Positions 24,498 to 26,392 of a stretch of 26,392 nt of DNA are shown here, piece after piece. This stretch comes from a virus (lineage: Duplodnaviria > Caudoviricetes), in the IMG/VR virus record IMGVR_UViG_3300020276_000007, positions 1-26,392 of that record. One strand, 5' to 3'. A model generated the notes under the pieces. The model saw nothing but the letters and a program-made list of their open reading frames with translations. It had not been told where the DNA came from and made no database searches. The position numbers and the translations under genes are program-made. Position 1 is the stretch's first letter, and each line of letters opens with the position of its first letter.

Positions 24498-25988
24498 ACT
24501 AGAACTAACTGTAAATCCTGAATTACCTGCAACAATTACAATTCCAGAACCACCATAACCACCTCTACCCTTGAGTGAGTAAGATGGGTCATTCGTATTA
24601 CCAGCACCACCACCTCCACCAGAACCAGTGTTTACAGTACCTGGGTCTGCATCACCATTATAAGCATTACTTATACCACCACCACCTAATGGTTCATTAG
24701 ATTCAGGAACAGCACTTCCACCACCAGCGTAATAAACTGCTGTTGAACCATCAGCTATATTATATTGAAGACCATCACCACCTGTGTTTTCACCACCAGG
24801 CTCAGCTGCTCCGCCACCAGCAGAAGATTGAGCGTTGTTAGCCCCATTTGTTGGTTGATTTGGACCCCCATCAGTTCCATATGTTCCTTGTAAATTAACT
24901 GTACTACGAATAGGAGTTGGTACGATACCTTCTTCAGGTATGCCGCCTGGATGTCCTGCTGGTTCTGGTAAACCAAAAGGAGTAGCAGGATGATTATCAT
25001 TTTGTGTTGATTCTCCACCTAATTTAGCACCAGCTGGTGCTTGATATTGAGCTGCACCGCCACCAGAACCTCCGTGGTTCCAATATCTATTTGAACTATA
25101 CCAATCACTAGTTGGTGTAGCTGCACCAGAGGGATTTGAATATGCATCACCTCTTCCACCGCCTTCACCTACGATTGTTCCTGCTGGACCAATAGGACCA
25201 AAAGATGAATCTTCACCAGCATATACATGCCCACTATGTGGAACAGTACCACTATAATTACCTTGAGGTGGAGAATATGATGGAGATGGCACAAAGTATG
25301 CTGTCCAAGATAATATTGGATTATTCATAGGATTTAAACCACCACCAGACCCCACATAAACTGAAACGGTGCCACCAGGTGTAACAGGTTGATTTGTTAA
25401 ATATGTGAGACCACCAGCCCCTCCTCCACCACTTTGTACATATTGGTTAGTATTTGCACCAGCACCACCACCACCAATGACTAATACATCAACAGATGAT
25501 GTTGATGGAGGCACATTATAAGTTGTTGGTCCTACAGTTGTAAATGATTGTCTATCTGCAGTGGGTGCAGGAAATGGATTAGGACCATCTAAGTTAGAAT
25601 AGAAATCAGAACCTGAGTCATAAAATGAAGTAGAATTTTCGGCAGTATCCACACCAGATTCATCATTGAATTCGTCAACTACACCATCTACTAAATTAAA
25701 TACAGTAAGGCCTTCATTAACCGCCATCTTAAAACCAAGAACGCCTATGTTGAAGGTTGCTTCACTAAGACCTTCAATATCTGGTATACCTCCTCCTCCA
25801 GCACCATTTAAAAATTGTGATGAAGGTACAGCACTTAAATCCATTTTAGATGTAGTAATATTAGCAGATGGTGAAACATCTGCATCCAATAAAGAAGTAC
25901 CTATCTTAGTAGTATTAACATCAGACATTTTAGCTGATGGAATAGAACTATCTGGTAAATTCTGATTAGTTAATTTTGTTATGCCCAT
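24189..25988 (-). CDS. glycine-rich tail fibre/adhesin-like virion protein, 599 aa
   Basis: N-terminal IPSAKM/ITTSKM repeats. Glycine-rich domain (VDVLVIGGGGAG, GGGGAGG, DSSFG, YYAGGG, NTGSGGGG, GGSGIVIV) with Pro-rich loops. C-terminal beta-rich domain. Confidence 0.75.
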   Translation of the reverse strand: MGITKLTNQNLPDSSIPSAKMSDVNTTKIGTSLLDADVSPSANITTSKMDLSAVPSSQFLNGAGGGGIPDIEGLSEATFNIGVLGFKMAVNEGLTVFNLVDGVVDEFNDESGVDTAENSTSFYDSGSDFYSNLDGPNPFPAPTADRQSFTTVGPTTYNVPPSTSSVDVLVIGGGGAGANTNQYVQSGGGGAGGLTYLTNQPVTPGGTVSVYVGSGGGLNPMNNPILSWTAYFVPSPSYSPPQGNYSGTVPHSGHVYAGEDSSFGPIGPAGTIVGEGGGRGDAYSNPSGAATPTSDWYSSNRYWNHGGSGGGAAQYQAPAGAKLGGESTQNDNHPATPFGLPEPAGHPGGIPEEGIVPTPIRSTVNLQGTYGTDGGPNQPTNGANNAQSSAGGGAAEPGGENTGGDGLQYNIADGSTAVYYAGGGSAVPESNEPLGGGGISNAYNGDADPGTVNTGSGGGGGAGNTNDPSYSLKGRGGYGGSGIVIVAGNSGFTVSSSTTLISDTFTANSTPIKARIVVFAELPDGISDFTISATRDNTTFNNVTLTDSGYVTGSSGTKIFTGSTPLTGTASPQVQMRWKIVGSSLTSENKIHGVSLQWA

Positions 25989-26287
25989 TGTAAAGATACA
26001 CCGTGAATTTTATTTACACCAGTTAAAGAAGTACCTGTGATTTTCCACCTTAATTGAACTTGAGGACTTGCAGTACCAGTTAACGGAGTTAAACCAGTAA
26101 ATATTTTAGTTCCACTTGAACCACTAACATAACCTGTATCAGTTAATGTTATAGGATTGAATGTTGTGTTATCTCTTGTTGCACTTACAGCAAAATCCGA
26201 AGTACCATCTGGTAACTCTGCAAAAACAACAATTCTTGCTTTAGTAGGTGTAGAATTTGCAGTAAATGTATCAGATACAAGAGTCAT
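25979..26287. repeat. diverged direct repeat, copy 2
   Basis: Ungapped match to 24189..24497. Many third-position differences. Confidence 0.95.
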
Positions 26288-26392
26288 TGTATTGTTTATA
26301 GCTTGTGCAGTAAAAGAAAGATATATACCTCCGTCACCACCATATAGTGAAGTAGAGCCTGGACTTCCGTGTTCAGCAGTTGATGCTGGAAT
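25979..26392 (-). CDS. paralogous glycine-rich virion protein, C-terminal part (start beyond the window)
   Basis: Frame stays open from 26392 (IPASTAEHGSPGSTSLYGGDGGIYLSFTAQAINNTMTLVSDTF...HGVSLQWA*), so the track start at 26287 is internal. Confidence 0.8.
   Translation of the reverse strand: MPASTAEHGSPGSTSLYGGDGGIYLSFTAQAINNTMTLVSDTFTANSTPTKARIVVFAELPDGTSDFAVSATRDNTTFNPITLTDTGYVSGSSGTKIFTGLTPLTGTASPQVQLRWKITGTSLTGVNKIHGVSLQWA

Noticed and set aside
24189-26287. Diversity-generating retroelement TR/VR pair
   Set aside because: Differences between the copies are largely third-position and involve all bases rather than only adenines. Both copies are coding gene ends and no reverse transcriptase is in the window.
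1-26392. CRISPR array, tRNA, intron/intein or stop-codon reassignment
   Set aside because: No regularly spaced repeats or cloverleaf seen in the few intergenic gaps. Core genes are normal length and uninterrupted, and TAA, TAG and TGA all end recognisable genes. This was checked by eye only.

Overview
A 26.4 kb segment of an AT-rich (roughly 30% GC by eye, not computed) T4-like myophage genome of the marine or freshwater type, read almost entirely on the minus strand. In transcription order (right to left) it holds two tandem glycine-rich fibre/adhesin-like genes with a duplicated C-terminus, terminase gp17, an antisense degenerate HNH gene, the tail/head block gp18-19-20-(67/68-like)-21-22-23-3, uvsY, two 2OG-Fe(II) oxygenases, uvsW, late sigma gp55, glutaredoxin, an SNase-like nuclease, gp47, a degenerate-plus-intact 2OG-Fe(II) oxygenase pair and gp46. 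These are followed by a compact five-gene envelope operon (secreted Cys-rich protein, entericidin-like lipoprotein, LPP20-like lipoprotein, 17-kDa-antigen/glycine-zipper protein, 17-aa membrane peptide). The operon converges on a bidirectional terminator shared with a stand-alone antisense 22-aa hydrophobic peptide gene. The left end is a series of early-promoter cassettes with a shared spacer motif, leading into a DUF932-like gene. Several small ORFs missed by the supplied track were read by hand. The least-explained features are the envelope operon and its convergent peptide unit, a perfect antisense sigma70 promoter back-to-back with the gp55 promoter, repeated leaderless promoter-5nt-ATG junctions, and a 309-nt gene-end duplication that carries the start codon of the next gene. 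No database searches were run; family calls come from motif recognition and gene order.
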